Positions 30,143-40,236 of a DNA stretch of 64,000 bases are shown here, piece after piece. The first letter of the stretch is position 1; the number at the start of each line of letters is the position of its first letter. The position numbers and the translations under genes were made by a program. The notes under the pieces are model-generated. The model worked only from the letters and a program-made list of their open reading frames with translations. It was not told where the DNA came from and searched no databases. The stretch lies in the sequence record DRR723986_4811; one strand, given 5' to 3'.

Positions 30143-31480
30143 ATGGCCATAAATTCCGACATTGTTTCCATTCGGCAAGGTGCCAGTGCGTTTGATGAAA
30201 CAAACGTGTTGAATGAAACCGGCCACAAAAACATGTTGCATTTGATTCACCTGCGCTGGCTGGCGGTGGGTGGTCAGATTGCCACAATTCTCGTCGCTAC
30301 CTGGGGATTCGGCATACAGTTGCCAATGTTCAATATGCTGGCGGTGATGGTGTGCCTGATCGCTTTTAACATTGGCAGTCACCTTCGCTGGCACGAAGAA
30401 CGCGTGGTCAGCAATCGCGAATTGTTTCTAGCCATGTTGGTGGATATTGCAAGCCTGACTGCTCAGCTCTACTTCACAGGCGGTATTAACAATCCTTTTG
30501 TGTTTCTGTTTCTGTTGCAGGTCATTTTAAGCGCGGTGCTGTTGCGCGCTGAGTCGACCTGGCTGGTCGTGGCCATTACCACGGTGTGTCTGGCTTTCTT
30601 GTCGATTGTTAACAAGCCACTGGTGTGGCCGTTGAACAGCACCTACAAGCTTGCTGACCTGTATGCGACAGGCCTGGTGATTTGTTTTGTACTGAATGCA
30701 GCGCTTCTGGTGATCTTCATTACCCGAATCGGACGTAATCTGCGCGCGGGAGATGCGGCGCTGGCCAGTCTGCGCCAACGCGCTGCAGAGGAAGAGCACA
30801 TTGTGCGAATGGGTCTGTTGGCCAGTGGCGCCGCGCATGAACTGGGTACACCTTTGGCCACCATGTCTGTGGTGTTGGGCGACTGGAAACGGATGCCTCA
30901 ATTTTCAAACGACCCAGCCATGCTGGAAGAAATCGAGGAAATTGAAGGGCAGTTGATGCGCTGTAAAAGCATTGTCAGTGGCATTTTATTGTCGGCAGGC
31001 GAAACGCGTGGGGAGTCTTCCTCTAAAACCAGCCTGAATGAATTCTTTGAAAATTTGGTCGAGGAATGGGAGAGCAGCCGCCCGGCCCAACACTTTGAAT
31101 ACACCAACAGCATTGAGGAGGAATTCACCGTTGCGTTTGATTCGACTGTGAAGCAAATGGTGTTCAATGTGCTGGACAACGCACTGGAAGTGTCACCGAA
31201 CTGGTTGCGATTTGAAGTGTCCAAAAATCGTGAACAATTGTTTTTAACTGTCGCCGATCAAGGTCCGGGTTTCAGGGCTGATATTCTTGAACAGGTGGGT
31301 ACGCCCTACAATTCGAGCAAGGGTCGCCCGGGTGGCGGTCTTGGTTTGTTTCTGGTCATGAATGTGGCGCGAACACTGGGCGGCACTTTGACCGTGACCA
31401 ATCGACAAGAGGGTGGGGCGGAAGTGGTGATAGCCCTGCCGCTAAACGCCATGATTTTGCAGGAGAACAAATCGCCATGA
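30143..31480 (+). CDS. regB: RegB/PrrB-like sensor histidine kinase
   Basis: LRWLAV.GQ, GGINNPF quinone-binding motif, AAHELGTPL. Confidence 0.88.
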   Translation: MAINSDIVSIRQGASAFDETNVLNETGHKNMLHLIHLRWLAVGGQIATILVATWGFGIQLPMFNMLAVMVCLIAFNIGSHLRWHEERVVSNRELFLAMLVDIASLTAQLYFTGGINNPFVFLFLLQVILSAVLLRAESTWLVVAITTVCLAFLSIVNKPLVWPLNSTYKLADLYATGLVICFVLNAALLVIFITRIGRNLRAGDAALASLRQRAAEEEHIVRMGLLASGAAHELGTPLATMSVVLGDWKRMPQFSNDPAMLEEIEEIEGQLMRCKSIVSGILLSAGETRGESSSKTSLNEFFENLVEEWESSRPAQHFEYTNSIEEEFTVAFDSTVKQMVFNVLDNALEVSPNWLRFEVSKNREQLFLTVADQGPGFRADILEQVGTPYNSSKGRPGGGLGLFLVMNVARTLGGTLTVTNRQEGGAEVVIALPLNAMILQENKSP

Positions 31481-32025
31481 GCCAAAGTAGCAGTACGGAA
31501 AGGCTTTTGTTGCTGGTTGAAGACGACGAGGCGTTTGCACGTGTTTTAAAACGATCATTTGAGCGACGTGATTACAAGGTGCTTCACGCCAGCAGCCAGG
31601 AAGAAATGCAGAGCCTCCTCTTGAAGCAAACTCCAACCCATGCAGTGGTGGACTTGAAGCTCAGTGGGAACTCCTCTGGACTGAATTGCGTTCAGGCCCT
31701 GCATGCACACAACCCGTCCATGCTGATCGTGGTGTTAACGGGATTTGCAAGCATCAACACGGCTGTTGAGGCCATTAAACTGGGGGCCTGCCAGTATTTG
31801 GCCAAACCCTCGAACACAGACGACATCGAAGCAGCTTTCGGCCATGTGGCAGGCAGTGAACCTGTTGAATTGACGAACAGGACTACGTCGATCAAAAACC
31901 TGGAATGGGAGCGAATCCACGAGGTACTTGTGGAAACTGATTTCAATATTTCGGAAACAGCACGCCGTCTGGGCATGCACCGTCGCACGCTGGCTCGCAA
32001 GCTTGAGAAAAGGCGCGTCAAATAA
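31477..32025 (+). CDS. regA: RegA/PrrA-like response regulator
   Basis: Receiver domain plus EWERI..VL....NISETARRLGMHRRTL.RKL.KR. Confidence 0.9.
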   Translation: MSQSSSTERLLLLVEDDEAFARVLKRSFERRDYKVLHASSQEEMQSLLLKQTPTHAVVDLKLSGNSSGLNCVQALHAHNPSMLIVVLTGFASINTAVEAIKLGACQYLAKPSNTDDIEAAFGHVAGSEPVELTNRTTSIKNLEWERIHEVLVETDFNISETARRLGMHRRTLARKLEKRRVK

Positions 32026-32047
32026 GCGGCATCAATGGCCGCTGAGT

Positions 32048-32530
32048 TCAGTTCAATTCTTCTTCGCTAGGTAGTACAGGCAAGGCGATTACTTCAATGC
32101 CCTCATCGCGCAACTCTTCAAATTCCTCGGGACTGGCCTGCCCTCGAATCGCACGAACTGGGGCCTCTTCATAATGAATTTTCCGGGCCTCTTCTGCAAA
32201 GCGGTCACCCACATCTTCTGAGTGATTAATCAAGGCCTGAATGGCCTGACGGGCCATGACGAAGGCTGTGGCCACATCCACTGAATTTGGCTTTTGTACT
32301 GCGGGTGCCGCTGGTGAATCAGAGCTTCTCGCGTCGCCCTTCTTGTGCTCCAGCGGGGCCTTGCCGCCGATGTTGATTTTGGACGGTACTTTGCGAATTG
32401 CCGAGGTGCCGCACTCGGGGCAGGTCAGCAGTTTTTGTTCACGTTGGTCGTCAAAATCCTCGTTGGATCGAAACCAGCCTTCGAAGCGGTGGGAGTATTC
32501 ACACTCCAGGTCGTAAATGATGATTGCCAC
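32048..32530 (-). CDS. DUF1178 family protein
   Basis: YDL.C...H.FEGWF, CP.CG, VGDRFAEEARKIHY, IRGQA. Confidence 0.9.
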   Translation of the reverse strand: MAIIIYDLECEYSHRFEGWFRSNEDFDDQREQKLLTCPECGTSAIRKVPSKINIGGKAPLEHKKGDARSSDSPAAPAVQKPNSVDVATAFVMARQAIQALINHSEDVGDRFAEEARKIHYEEAPVRAIRGQASPEEFEELRDEGIEVIALPVLPSEEELN

Positions 32531-32646
32531 AATGTTTGAATCTGTCTCTGAATTTCGGTATTTTACAGTGGAATGGTTTGCCTACCGCTGAATTCGAATC
32601 TCTTCTAGAATTCGATCAACAACAATCAAGGCCCAAAGAGGTTTGT

Positions 32647-33024
32647 ATGTCCCGTAAAAAGTCACTTGAACCGCATTTGCGCGGCATCGTTGACTTGGTA
32701 TCCGCCACGCTCGACCAAGGTACGCGTCAGGTTGAGGGCGTGCATCGTCGAATTGCAGACATCCCGTTTTCAGTGTTGAAAAAGATTCGCCCGATTGCAC
32801 CAATTTCATCGGCTGTGCACATGGTCGAGAAAAAAATTACCCACTCAGCCTACGATACGGTGCGCCTTGTGGCCAAGGTGGGAGCCCAGGCAGTTCACAA
32901 TGTGCTGCCCACTGACCCTACAAGCCAGGGCATTTCAAAACCCGACTACAAAATCGACCACGACAGCCTGAGAAAGCGGAAAACTGAGCAAAAGGCCGAG
33001 CAGAAGACTAAGAGGAAACCCTAG
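32647..33024 (+). CDS. Hypothetical helical protein
   Basis: GAGG RBS before ATG 32647; LRG..DLV.......VEGVH..I motif. Confidence 0.6.
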   Translation: MSRKKSLEPHLRGIVDLVSATLDQGTRQVEGVHRRIADIPFSVLKKIRPIAPISSAVHMVEKKITHSAYDTVRLVAKVGAQAVHNVLPTDPTSQGISKPDYKIDHDSLRKRKTEQKAEQKTKRKP

Positions 33025-33068
33025 GCACAAACTCCTTGCGCCACTGAAACTTAGAGCGTAAATTCTAG

Positions 33069-33088
33069 ATATGAGCATATGCGCATAT
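33069..33088. promoter_or_regulatory. Palindromic operator candidate upstream of soxC
   Basis: ATATGAGCATATGCGCATAT, containing the perfect palindrome ATATGCGCATAT (33077-33088). Confidence 0.5.
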
Positions 33089-33143
33089 AAATATTAAGCA
33101 CAAGGCGCAATGTGGCAACAATAATCATATCCAGGAGACATTT

Positions 33144-34520
33144 GTGTCGTTTGACATTCCTTCAGGCACTCCGTTGGGCCAAATTCGACGAGCCCCGGAA
33201 AATTTTGTCAGTCGCAGTGACATCGCTTTCATTAACCGTGCCAGCGACACAGACCGCCGTGGTTTCTTCAAGAAAGCATTCGCCACAGCCGTGGTAAGCA
33301 GTGCAGCGGGTGCCGTGTTGGCCACGCCCCGATTTGGCATGGCGGCGCAGGGCGACCCGGCCATTCTGAATTTGCCTGAACACAGCAAAGGACTTGGACA
33401 ACCCGTGGCCACCATGCCATATGGCATGCCTTCGCAGTATGAGAAAAACCTTCAACGCCGTGAGTCTCCGGGCCTGACCCGTGTGGGTGGCTCCTCTGTT
33501 TCATTTTGCCCTTTGCAAGGCCTGTTCGGAATCATTACGCCTTCCGGACTTCATTTTGAGCGTCACCATCAGGGTTGGTGGGACATAGACCCCACTCAGC
33601 ACCGCTTGATGATCAACGGCTTGGTGAAAAGGCAAATGGTTTTCACCGTGGATGAACTCATGCGTATGGAATCGGTTTCCCGGGTTCATTTCATTGAGTG
33701 CGGCGCCAATTCGGGTATGGAGTGGGCCAATGTTGCAGTGCCTACCGTTCAATATACCCACGGCATGTTGAGTTGCTCCGAATTCACAGGTGTGCCGCTG
33801 ATCAAGGTGCTGGAATATTGTGGTGTTGATCTGAAGAAGGGACGCTTCATTTTGGCTGAAGGAGCCGATGGTTCCTCCATGACCCGCACTGTTCCGATGG
33901 AGTTGGTCGAAAGTGGTGAAGTGCTGCTTGCATATGGCCAAAACGGCGAAATGCTGCGCCCAGAAAACGGCTACCCCCTGCGTTTGGTTGTTCCAGGTGT
34001 GCAAGGTGTGAGCTGGGTCAAGTACTTACGCCGAATCGAAGTGGGTGACAAACCCTACGGGACTAAAGACGAGGCCATTCACTATGTTGACTTGATGCCT
34101 GATGGTACTCATCGACAGTACACATCGATTCAGGAATGCAAATCGGTGATCACCACACCTTCCGGTGGTCAACAGTTACTTGGCCCCGGTTTTTACAACA
34201 TCACCGGGTTGGCCTGGAGCGGCAGAGGGAAAATTACAGCGGTTGATGTTTCAACTGACGGTGGGAAAAGCTGGAAAACCGCCAAATTGCAAGGCCCAGT
34301 TCATGACAAATCGCTGACCCGTTTCAACCTGCCTTGGGTTTGGGATGGTAAAGGTGAGGCCTTATTGCAAAGCAGGGCCGTGGACAGCACCGGTTACGTG
34401 CAGCCCAGCTACCGAACACTTCGTGAAAAGCGTGACGACAAAAGCATTTATCACAACAATGCAATTCAAAGTTGGCGTGTGGATGCCGCTGGTGAAGTGC
34501 ACAACGTGCACGTGGGGTGA
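33144..34520 (+). CDS. soxC: Sulfane dehydrogenase molybdoenzyme subunit
   Basis: Tat motif DRRGFFK, GIITPSGLHFERHH, FIECGAN, ENGYPLRL, YHNNAIQ. Confidence 0.95.
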   Translation: MSFDIPSGTPLGQIRRAPENFVSRSDIAFINRASDTDRRGFFKKAFATAVVSSAAGAVLATPRFGMAAQGDPAILNLPEHSKGLGQPVATMPYGMPSQYEKNLQRRESPGLTRVGGSSVSFCPLQGLFGIITPSGLHFERHHQGWWDIDPTQHRLMINGLVKRQMVFTVDELMRMESVSRVHFIECGANSGMEWANVAVPTVQYTHGMLSCSEFTGVPLIKVLEYCGVDLKKGRFILAEGADGSSMTRTVPMELVESGEVLLAYGQNGEMLRPENGYPLRLVVPGVQGVSWVKYLRRIEVGDKPYGTKDEAIHYVDLMPDGTHRQYTSIQECKSVITTPSGGQQLLGPGFYNITGLAWSGRGKITAVDVSTDGGKSWKTAKLQGPVHDKSLTRFNLPWVWDGKGEALLQSRAVDSTGYVQPSYRTLREKRDDKSIYHNNAIQSWRVDAAGEVHNVHVG

Positions 34521-35581
34521 ACATGAGCCAGATGGAAAACAGAATCAAATTGCTTGGCTTGCTCAGCCATGCTGTGTTGGCTTTGCTGTTGTGTTCGCTG
34601 CTTTGGAAAACGGGAGCTGCCCAGGCGTTTGACGGTTTGGGGCGTGTGGCCACTTCAGATGAGGTCAAAGCATGGGACATTGATGTTCGCCCCGATTTTG
34701 TCGGATTGCCCAAAGGCAGCGGCAGTGTAGCCAAGGGCATGGAAGTGTGGGATGCGCAATGCGCCTCTTGCCACGGCGTGTTTGGCGAAAGCAATGAAAT
34801 CTTTACACCAATTGTGGGTGGTACCACAGCGGAAGATATTAAAAAGGGTCGTGTGCAATCATTGAAAGATGGTTCGGCCCCACAGCGAACTACCTTGATG
34901 AAAGTCCCAACCTTGTCCACCTTGTGGGATTACATCAATCGCGCGATGCCATGGACTGCACCGAAAAGCCTGAGCACCGAAGAAGTGTATGCGGTGACAG
35001 CCTACATTTTGAATATGGGTGGTGTGGTGGGCGATGACTTTGTGTTGAGCGACCAGAACATGGCGCAAACCCAAGCCAAATTGCCAAATCGAAATGGCAT
35101 GCAAACCAACCATGGCATGTGGTTGCCCTCGGGTAAACCCGATGTGAAAGAGCCGCGTTGCATGTCAAACTGCAAACCTGACGCAAAGGTCATTTCTTTT
35201 TTGCCTGATTACGCACGTGATGCACATGGCAATTTAAAAGATCAGAACAGATTGGTTGGTCCGGTGCGTGGTGTGGTTACTGTGGCGCAAACCAGTGGCA
35301 CTGCAGCCGCACCCAAAATCAGCACGCACTCTGGGGAAGCCTTGTTCAATGCCAACGGATGCGTGGCCTGTCACGGTGTAGACAACAAAAAACTGGGTCC
35401 CTCTGTGGCGGCGGTGGCCAGTAAGTATGCCGACCAGGCCGATGCAAAAGCCTATCTTGCAGGTAAAATCAGAGCGGGTGGCAGCGGTGTGTGGGGCGAG
35501 ATGCCCATGCCGGCACAGTCGCATTTGTCGGAAGAAGATTTGAATGCACTATCTGATTGGTTTTTGTCCAAGAAGAAGTGA
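34517..35581 (+). CDS. soxD: SoxD diheme cytochrome c
   Basis: WDIDVRPD, CASCH, DYINRAMP, second CVACH domain. Confidence 0.93.
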   Translation: MNMSQMENRIKLLGLLSHAVLALLLCSLLWKTGAAQAFDGLGRVATSDEVKAWDIDVRPDFVGLPKGSGSVAKGMEVWDAQCASCHGVFGESNEIFTPIVGGTTAEDIKKGRVQSLKDGSAPQRTTLMKVPTLSTLWDYINRAMPWTAPKSLSTEEVYAVTAYILNMGGVVGDDFVLSDQNMAQTQAKLPNRNGMQTNHGMWLPSGKPDVKEPRCMSNCKPDAKVISFLPDYARDAHGNLKDQNRLVGPVRGVVTVAQTSGTAAAPKISTHSGEALFNANGCVACHGVDNKKLGPSVAAVASKYADQADAKAYLAGKIRAGGSGVWGEMPMPAQSHLSEEDLNALSDWFLSKKK

Positions 35582-35610
35582 TTGATGGAATTTTTAGGAG
35601 GAGTTAGTCA

Positions 35611-36084
35611 ATGAACCAAAACAGACGCACCATGCTGAAGGCTTCTTCAGGCCTGACAGTATTGGGCTTGGCAGTTGCTGCCGGATTGATCAAACCCAAT
35701 GAGGTATTTGCTGCTGCTGGTTATCCCGAGAAAGCTTTCGGTGCCAAGTCGCTGGACGAGTTGATGAAGGCACTGGGTGCAGGCATGCCCACGGAAAGCA
35801 AAGACATCACTGTCATTGCTCCCGATATTGCTGAAAACGGTGCGGTTGTGCCAGTGGGTGCGGACAGCAAGCTGAAAAACACCACTGAAGTGGCTTTGCT
35901 GGTGGCCAACAATCCCTCCATGTTGTCTGCCCAGTTCATGATTCCTGCCGGCACGGATGCAAAGGTGAACACACGCGTCAAAATGGGCAAGTCAAGCGAT
36001 GTTTATGCCCTGGTGAAAGCCGATGGCAAATACTACTTTGCCAAGAAAGAGGTCAAGGTGACCCTCGGCGGTTGCGGCGGTTAA
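35611..36084 (+). CDS. soxY: Sulfur carrier SoxY
   Basis: Tat signal NRRT.L, IAENGAVVP, C-terminal VKVTLGGCGG. Confidence 0.97.
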   Translation: MNQNRRTMLKASSGLTVLGLAVAAGLIKPNEVFAAAGYPEKAFGAKSLDELMKALGAGMPTESKDITVIAPDIAENGAVVPVGADSKLKNTTEVALLVANNPSMLSAQFMIPAGTDAKVNTRVKMGKSSDVYALVKADGKYYFAKKEVKVTLGGCGG

Positions 36085-36106
36085 TTAAAAAATTCAGGAG
36101 AAAAAA

Positions 36107-36418
36107 ATGGGTGATCCAATGAAAATTCGCGCCAAAGCCAGTGGCGACGAAGTGGAAGTGAAAGTGTTGATGGCGCATGAAATGGAAACAGGCCAGCGCA
36201 AGGCCTCTGATGGCAGCCTGGTGCCTGCATGGTTTATTCAAAACGTCACGGCCAAGTGCAATGACAAAGTGGTTTTGATGGCCAATTGGGGCCCAGCGGT
36301 GTCGAAGAATCCCTTCCTGTCCTTTTCTTTCAAAGGCGGCAAAGTGGGTGATACAGTCGAAATCACATGGACTGACAACAAGGGTGATTCCCGGACTGAC
36401 AAAACGAAAGTAGCGTAA
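36107..36418 (+). CDS. soxZ: SoxZ
   Basis: HEMETGQRK, SKNPF..F, W.DNKG. Confidence 0.97.
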   Translation: MGDPMKIRAKASGDEVEVKVLMAHEMETGQRKASDGSLVPAWFIQNVTAKCNDKVVLMANWGPAVSKNPFLSFSFKGGKVGDTVEITWTDNKGDSRTDKTKVA

Positions 36419-36455
36419 TCTCCAATTAATTCATAACCATAAGAAGGGGTGTGAG

Positions 36456-37292
36456 ATGAGGCAAACAGCAAGAACAGTGGCCAAGCTGGCCGCTGTGGCC
36501 TTTGTGGGCGCCGGCGCTATGGCGTCTTTCACAATGAGTGCGCACGCTCAGAAAACAACAGAGCAAGGCATTCAGGAATATCGGGACATGCTGGCCGATG
36601 GAAACCCGGCCGAGTTGGTTGAGCTGCGGGGTGAAGAGCTGTGGAGCAAGCCGCAAGGTCCTAAGAATGCATCGCTTGAACAATGCGATATGGGTGCAGG
36701 GCCAGGCAAGCTAGAAGGTGTTGCCGCTGCAATGCCGCGTTTCTTTGGCGATGCGGGCAAAGTGATGGATGTCGAAACTCGCCTGGTGCATTGCATGGTG
36801 ACATTGCAAGGTCGGGATATTGCCGAGGTCACCAAGAAGCCATACTCAGGCGCAGGTGAAAAACCAACCGAAATGGAATCGCTGGTGGCGTATGTTTACG
36901 CACAATCTCGTGGCGCTCAGATCAAGGTTCCTCAAGGCCATCCCGAGGAGAAAGCCTCCCGTGCTCGTGGCGAGAAAATTTTCTTCTACCGTGCCGGCCC
37001 TTACGATTTTTCCTGTGCAAGTTGTCATGCAAGCGATGATCAGCGCATTCGCCTGCAAGGCTTGCCAAACCTGACCAAACCCGAACCTGCACAAGCCGCA
37101 TTCGCCGCTTGGCCGGCCTACCGGGTGTCGCAGGGCGCGGTTCGTTCCATGCAATGGCGCATGTACGATTGTTTCCGTCAGCAACGTTTCCCCGAGTTGA
37201 AGTATGGCTCGCAAGCGTCGATCGACCTGATTACTTTCCTTGGCGTGAAAGCCGAGGGCGGTACCATGCAGGCCACCTCGCTTAAGCGCTAA
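36456..37292 (+). CDS. soxA: SoxA monoheme cytochrome
   Basis: CASCH, WPAYRVSQG, CFRQQRFP. Confidence 0.95.
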   Translation: MRQTARTVAKLAAVAFVGAGAMASFTMSAHAQKTTEQGIQEYRDMLADGNPAELVELRGEELWSKPQGPKNASLEQCDMGAGPGKLEGVAAAMPRFFGDAGKVMDVETRLVHCMVTLQGRDIAEVTKKPYSGAGEKPTEMESLVAYVYAQSRGAQIKVPQGHPEEKASRARGEKIFFYRAGPYDFSCASCHASDDQRIRLQGLPNLTKPEPAQAAFAAWPAYRVSQGAVRSMQWRMYDCFRQQRFPELKYGSQASIDLITFLGVKAEGGTMQATSLKR

Positions 37293-37309
37293 CAACAAGG
37301 AGAACAAAC

Positions 37310-37951
37310 ATGCTTCGTACAATCAAATATTCAACTGGGCTGTTGCTGGTCGCTGTGTTGGCAGCCTGCGCAAACACAGACAGCCAATCTGTCGTGGCAG
37401 AGCCAAGCAATGAAGAGATTCATCAGCTTATGTTGTCCTCGTTCAAGGAGAAGGGCATCGCCAAACTTGAACGCGTGAACCAAACCGAGCTGCAGAAGGC
37501 CTGCTCATTGGCTGAGACAGCACCTGGCGGTTTGCCTGATGCGAAACGCACCGAGCTGCAAAATGCGGCCTTGGCCGCGGTGAAGTATCCCGCTGATGGC
37601 AAATATCTGGGCGACTGGAAAGCAGGCGAAAAAATTGCTCAAACGGGTGTGGGTTTCCAGTTTTCGGACAAGGAAGGCACTGCTGCGGGTGGCAACTGTT
37701 ACGCCTGTCACCAACTGGCACCGCAAGAATTGTCGTATGGCAACATTGGTCCTTCCCTGTACCAGTACGGCAAACTGCGCGGCAATTCTGAAGAAATCAT
37801 GAAGTACACTTGGGCCAAAATCTGGAACTCGCATGCCTACAACGCATGTTCCAACATGCCACGTTTTGGGGCTGAGGGCATTTTGACTGAAACCCAGTTG
37901 AAAGATGTGATGGCCTTGTTGATGGCACCAGATTCGCCAGTTAACAAGTAA
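37310..37951 (+). CDS. soxX: SoxX cytochrome c
   Basis: GGNCYACH, GNIGPSL, MPRFG, SPVNK. Confidence 0.95.
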   Translation: MLRTIKYSTGLLLVAVLAACANTDSQSVVAEPSNEEIHQLMLSSFKEKGIAKLERVNQTELQKACSLAETAPGGLPDAKRTELQNAALAAVKYPADGKYLGDWKAGEKIAQTGVGFQFSDKEGTAAGGNCYACHQLAPQELSYGNIGPSLYQYGKLRGNSEEIMKYTWAKIWNSHAYNACSNMPRFGAEGILTETQLKDVMALLMAPDSPVNK

Positions 37952-38018
37952 CACCAAACGCTTAAATTACCTGTGCCTGAACGGGCACAGGGCAACCCTC
38001 TGAAAAGCGAACTATCCA

Positions 38019-39746
38019 ATGCAGATGAATCGACGCGAATTCATGGGCATGTTGGCGGCTGCCTCGGCTGCTGGCATGACGATCAACTCACCCCATGTGC
38101 TGGCTGGTGGTCATGGTGAAAAACTGTACGACCTGAAACCTTTTGGCAATGCCAGCCTGCTTCACATGACCGATTGCCATGCCCAGCTGGTGCCGATTTA
38201 TTTTCGAGAGCCCAATGTGAATTTGGGTGTGGCCGGTGCACTGGGTAAAGCACCGCATTTGGTGGGCGAGTCTTTGCTGAAAGCCTTCAACATCAAACCC
38301 GGTTCAGCACAGGCACATGCATTCACCTATCTGAATTTTGAGGAAGCGGCCAGGCACTACGGCAAGGTGGGCGGGTTCGCGCATTTGTCAACTTTGGTCA
38401 AGATGATGAAGGCCAGCAGGCCAGGTGCGTTGCTGCTGGATGGCGGCGACACCTGGCAAGGCTCGGCCACCAGCTTGTGGACCAATGCGCAAGACATGGT
38501 CGATGCTGCAAAAATGTTGGGCGTGGATGTGATGACTTTGCACTGGGAATGCACTTACGGTTCAGATCGAATTCTTGAAGTGGCTGAAAAGGATTTCAAA
38601 GGCAAAATCGACATCATTGCGCAGAACATCAAAACCGCCGATTTTGGCGACCCCGTGTTTCCCAGCCATGTCATGAAAACAATCAATGGGTGCAAGGTTG
38701 CCATTATTGGGCAGGCTTTCCCTTACAGCCCAATTGCCAATCCGCGTTACTTTGTAAAGGATTGGTCGTATGGCATCCAGGAAGAAAGCATGCAGGAGGT
38801 TGTGAACGAAGTACGTGCGAAAGGCGCGCAGGCCGTGGTTCTTCTTTCGCACAACGGCATGGACGTTGACCTGAAAATGGCCAGCCGAGTGACTGGTATT
38901 GATTTCATTTTGGGCGGCCATACTCACGATGGTGTGCCCAATGCCATTCCTGTGAAAAATTCAACTGGTACCACCTATGTAACCAATGCGGGCAGCAACA
39001 GTAAATTCCTCGGTGTGCTCGACATGGACATTCAAGGCGGCAAGTTGCGGGATTTCAAGTACCGGTTGTTGCCCGTGTTTTCGAACATGCTGCCAGCCGA
39101 TCCTGACATGGATGCCTTTGTGCGCAATGTGCGCAAACCCTACATTGAAAAGCTCAGCGAGCCTTTGGCCGTGAGTGAGGGTTTGCTGTACCGCCGCGGC
39201 AACTTCAATGGCAGTTGGGATCAACTGATTGTCGATGCCTTGATGGAGGTGAAGGGCGCCGAGATCGCATTTTCTCCGGGGTTCCGCTGGGGCACTTCCT
39301 TGCTGCCAGGTCAAACCATCACGCGTGAGCACCTGATGGATCAAACTGCGATTACTTATCCCAACACCACCCTGACAGACATGAAGGGGGAGTTCATCAA
39401 AACCGTACTCGAGGATGTGTGTGACAACCTCTTCAATCCTGATCCTTACTATCAGCAGGGTGGTGATATGGTGCGTGTCGGTGGTTTGACTTACACCTGT
39501 AACCCCAATGGTGAGGCTGGACAGCGTATTTCCGACATGCGCCTGAATGGCAAACCCATTGAGGCTTCCAAAACCTACAAAGTCGCAGGTTGGGCCCCGG
39601 TGGCCGAAGAAGCCCGTAACAACGGTGAACCGCCCATTTGGGATGTAGTGGAAACCTACCTCAAAGACAAGAAAACAGTGGCCACAAAAGTGCCTTACAC
39701 ACCCAAGCTGATCGGAATGAACGACAACCCGGGGTTTGTGGTCTAA
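38019..39746 (+). CDS. soxB: Thiosulfohydrolase SoxB
   Basis: Tat signal NRREF, TDCHAQL.P.YFREP, DGGDTWQG, GGHTHD, YQQGGDMVR. Confidence 0.97.
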   Translation: MQMNRREFMGMLAAASAAGMTINSPHVLAGGHGEKLYDLKPFGNASLLHMTDCHAQLVPIYFREPNVNLGVAGALGKAPHLVGESLLKAFNIKPGSAQAHAFTYLNFEEAARHYGKVGGFAHLSTLVKMMKASRPGALLLDGGDTWQGSATSLWTNAQDMVDAAKMLGVDVMTLHWECTYGSDRILEVAEKDFKGKIDIIAQNIKTADFGDPVFPSHVMKTINGCKVAIIGQAFPYSPIANPRYFVKDWSYGIQEESMQEVVNEVRAKGAQAVVLLSHNGMDVDLKMASRVTGIDFILGGHTHDGVPNAIPVKNSTGTTYVTNAGSNSKFLGVLDMDIQGGKLRDFKYRLLPVFSNMLPADPDMDAFVRNVRKPYIEKLSEPLAVSEGLLYRRGNFNGSWDQLIVDALMEVKGAEIAFSPGFRWGTSLLPGQTITREHLMDQTAITYPNTTLTDMKGEFIKTVLEDVCDNLFNPDPYYQQGGDMVRVGGLTYTCNPNGEAGQRISDMRLNGKPIEASKTYKVAGWAPVAEEARNNGEPPIWDVVETYLKDKKTVATKVPYTPKLIGMNDNPGFVV

Positions 39747-39751
39747 GTTGC

Positions 39752-40195
39752 ATGAAAGCATTAGGGTTGTTTTTATTGTTTGCGTGGTTCTCGCCCGCGT
39801 TTGGCGCGGGTGGAGGCTCCCTTTCTTTTCCGTCGAATCTTCAGCACAGGCAGGCGCCCGCAGTCGTAGTTTTGTTTTCTTTGCCCGATTGTGCCTACTG
39901 CGAGAAAGTCAGACAACAATCGCTTCGCCACATTCACACCGATCCCGTCTACAAGGGCAGGGTGTTTGTTTACGAAATTGATTTTTCCGACAGCAAACGC
40001 AGTTTTATCTGGTTTGACGGCAACAAATACACTGGCAAGTCCTTGGCTGGACCGTTGAATGTGAAGTTTTCACCTACGGTGATGGTGTTCAATGCCAAGG
40101 GTGTGGTGGCAGGCAAGCCTTTGTTGGGTGCCAGTTTGCCCGAGTTTTATGGTGCTTATCTGGATGAATTGATCAAGGCCGCTTGGGCGTTGTAG
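39752..40195 (+). CDS. Periplasmic thioredoxin-fold protein (SoxW/SoxS-like)
   Basis: Signal peptide, CAYC, FSPT cis-Pro motif; directly after soxB. Confidence 0.8.
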   Translation: MKALGLFLLFAWFSPAFGAGGGSLSFPSNLQHRQAPAVVVLFSLPDCAYCEKVRQQSLRHIHTDPVYKGRVFVYEIDFSDSKRSFIWFDGNKYTGKSLAGPLNVKFSPTVMVFNAKGVVAGKPLLGASLPEFYGAYLDELIKAAWAL

Positions 40196-40236
40196 CACGC
40201 TGATCAAAAATCCTGACCGAACTTCTTCACCATGGT

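Noticed and set aside
38961-39761. Long antisense ORFs, such as 266 aa opposite soxB and others opposite cyoB, GH31, dnaE2 and the TRAP permease
   Set aside because: These are shadow ORFs of well-supported genes and have no recognisable motifs.
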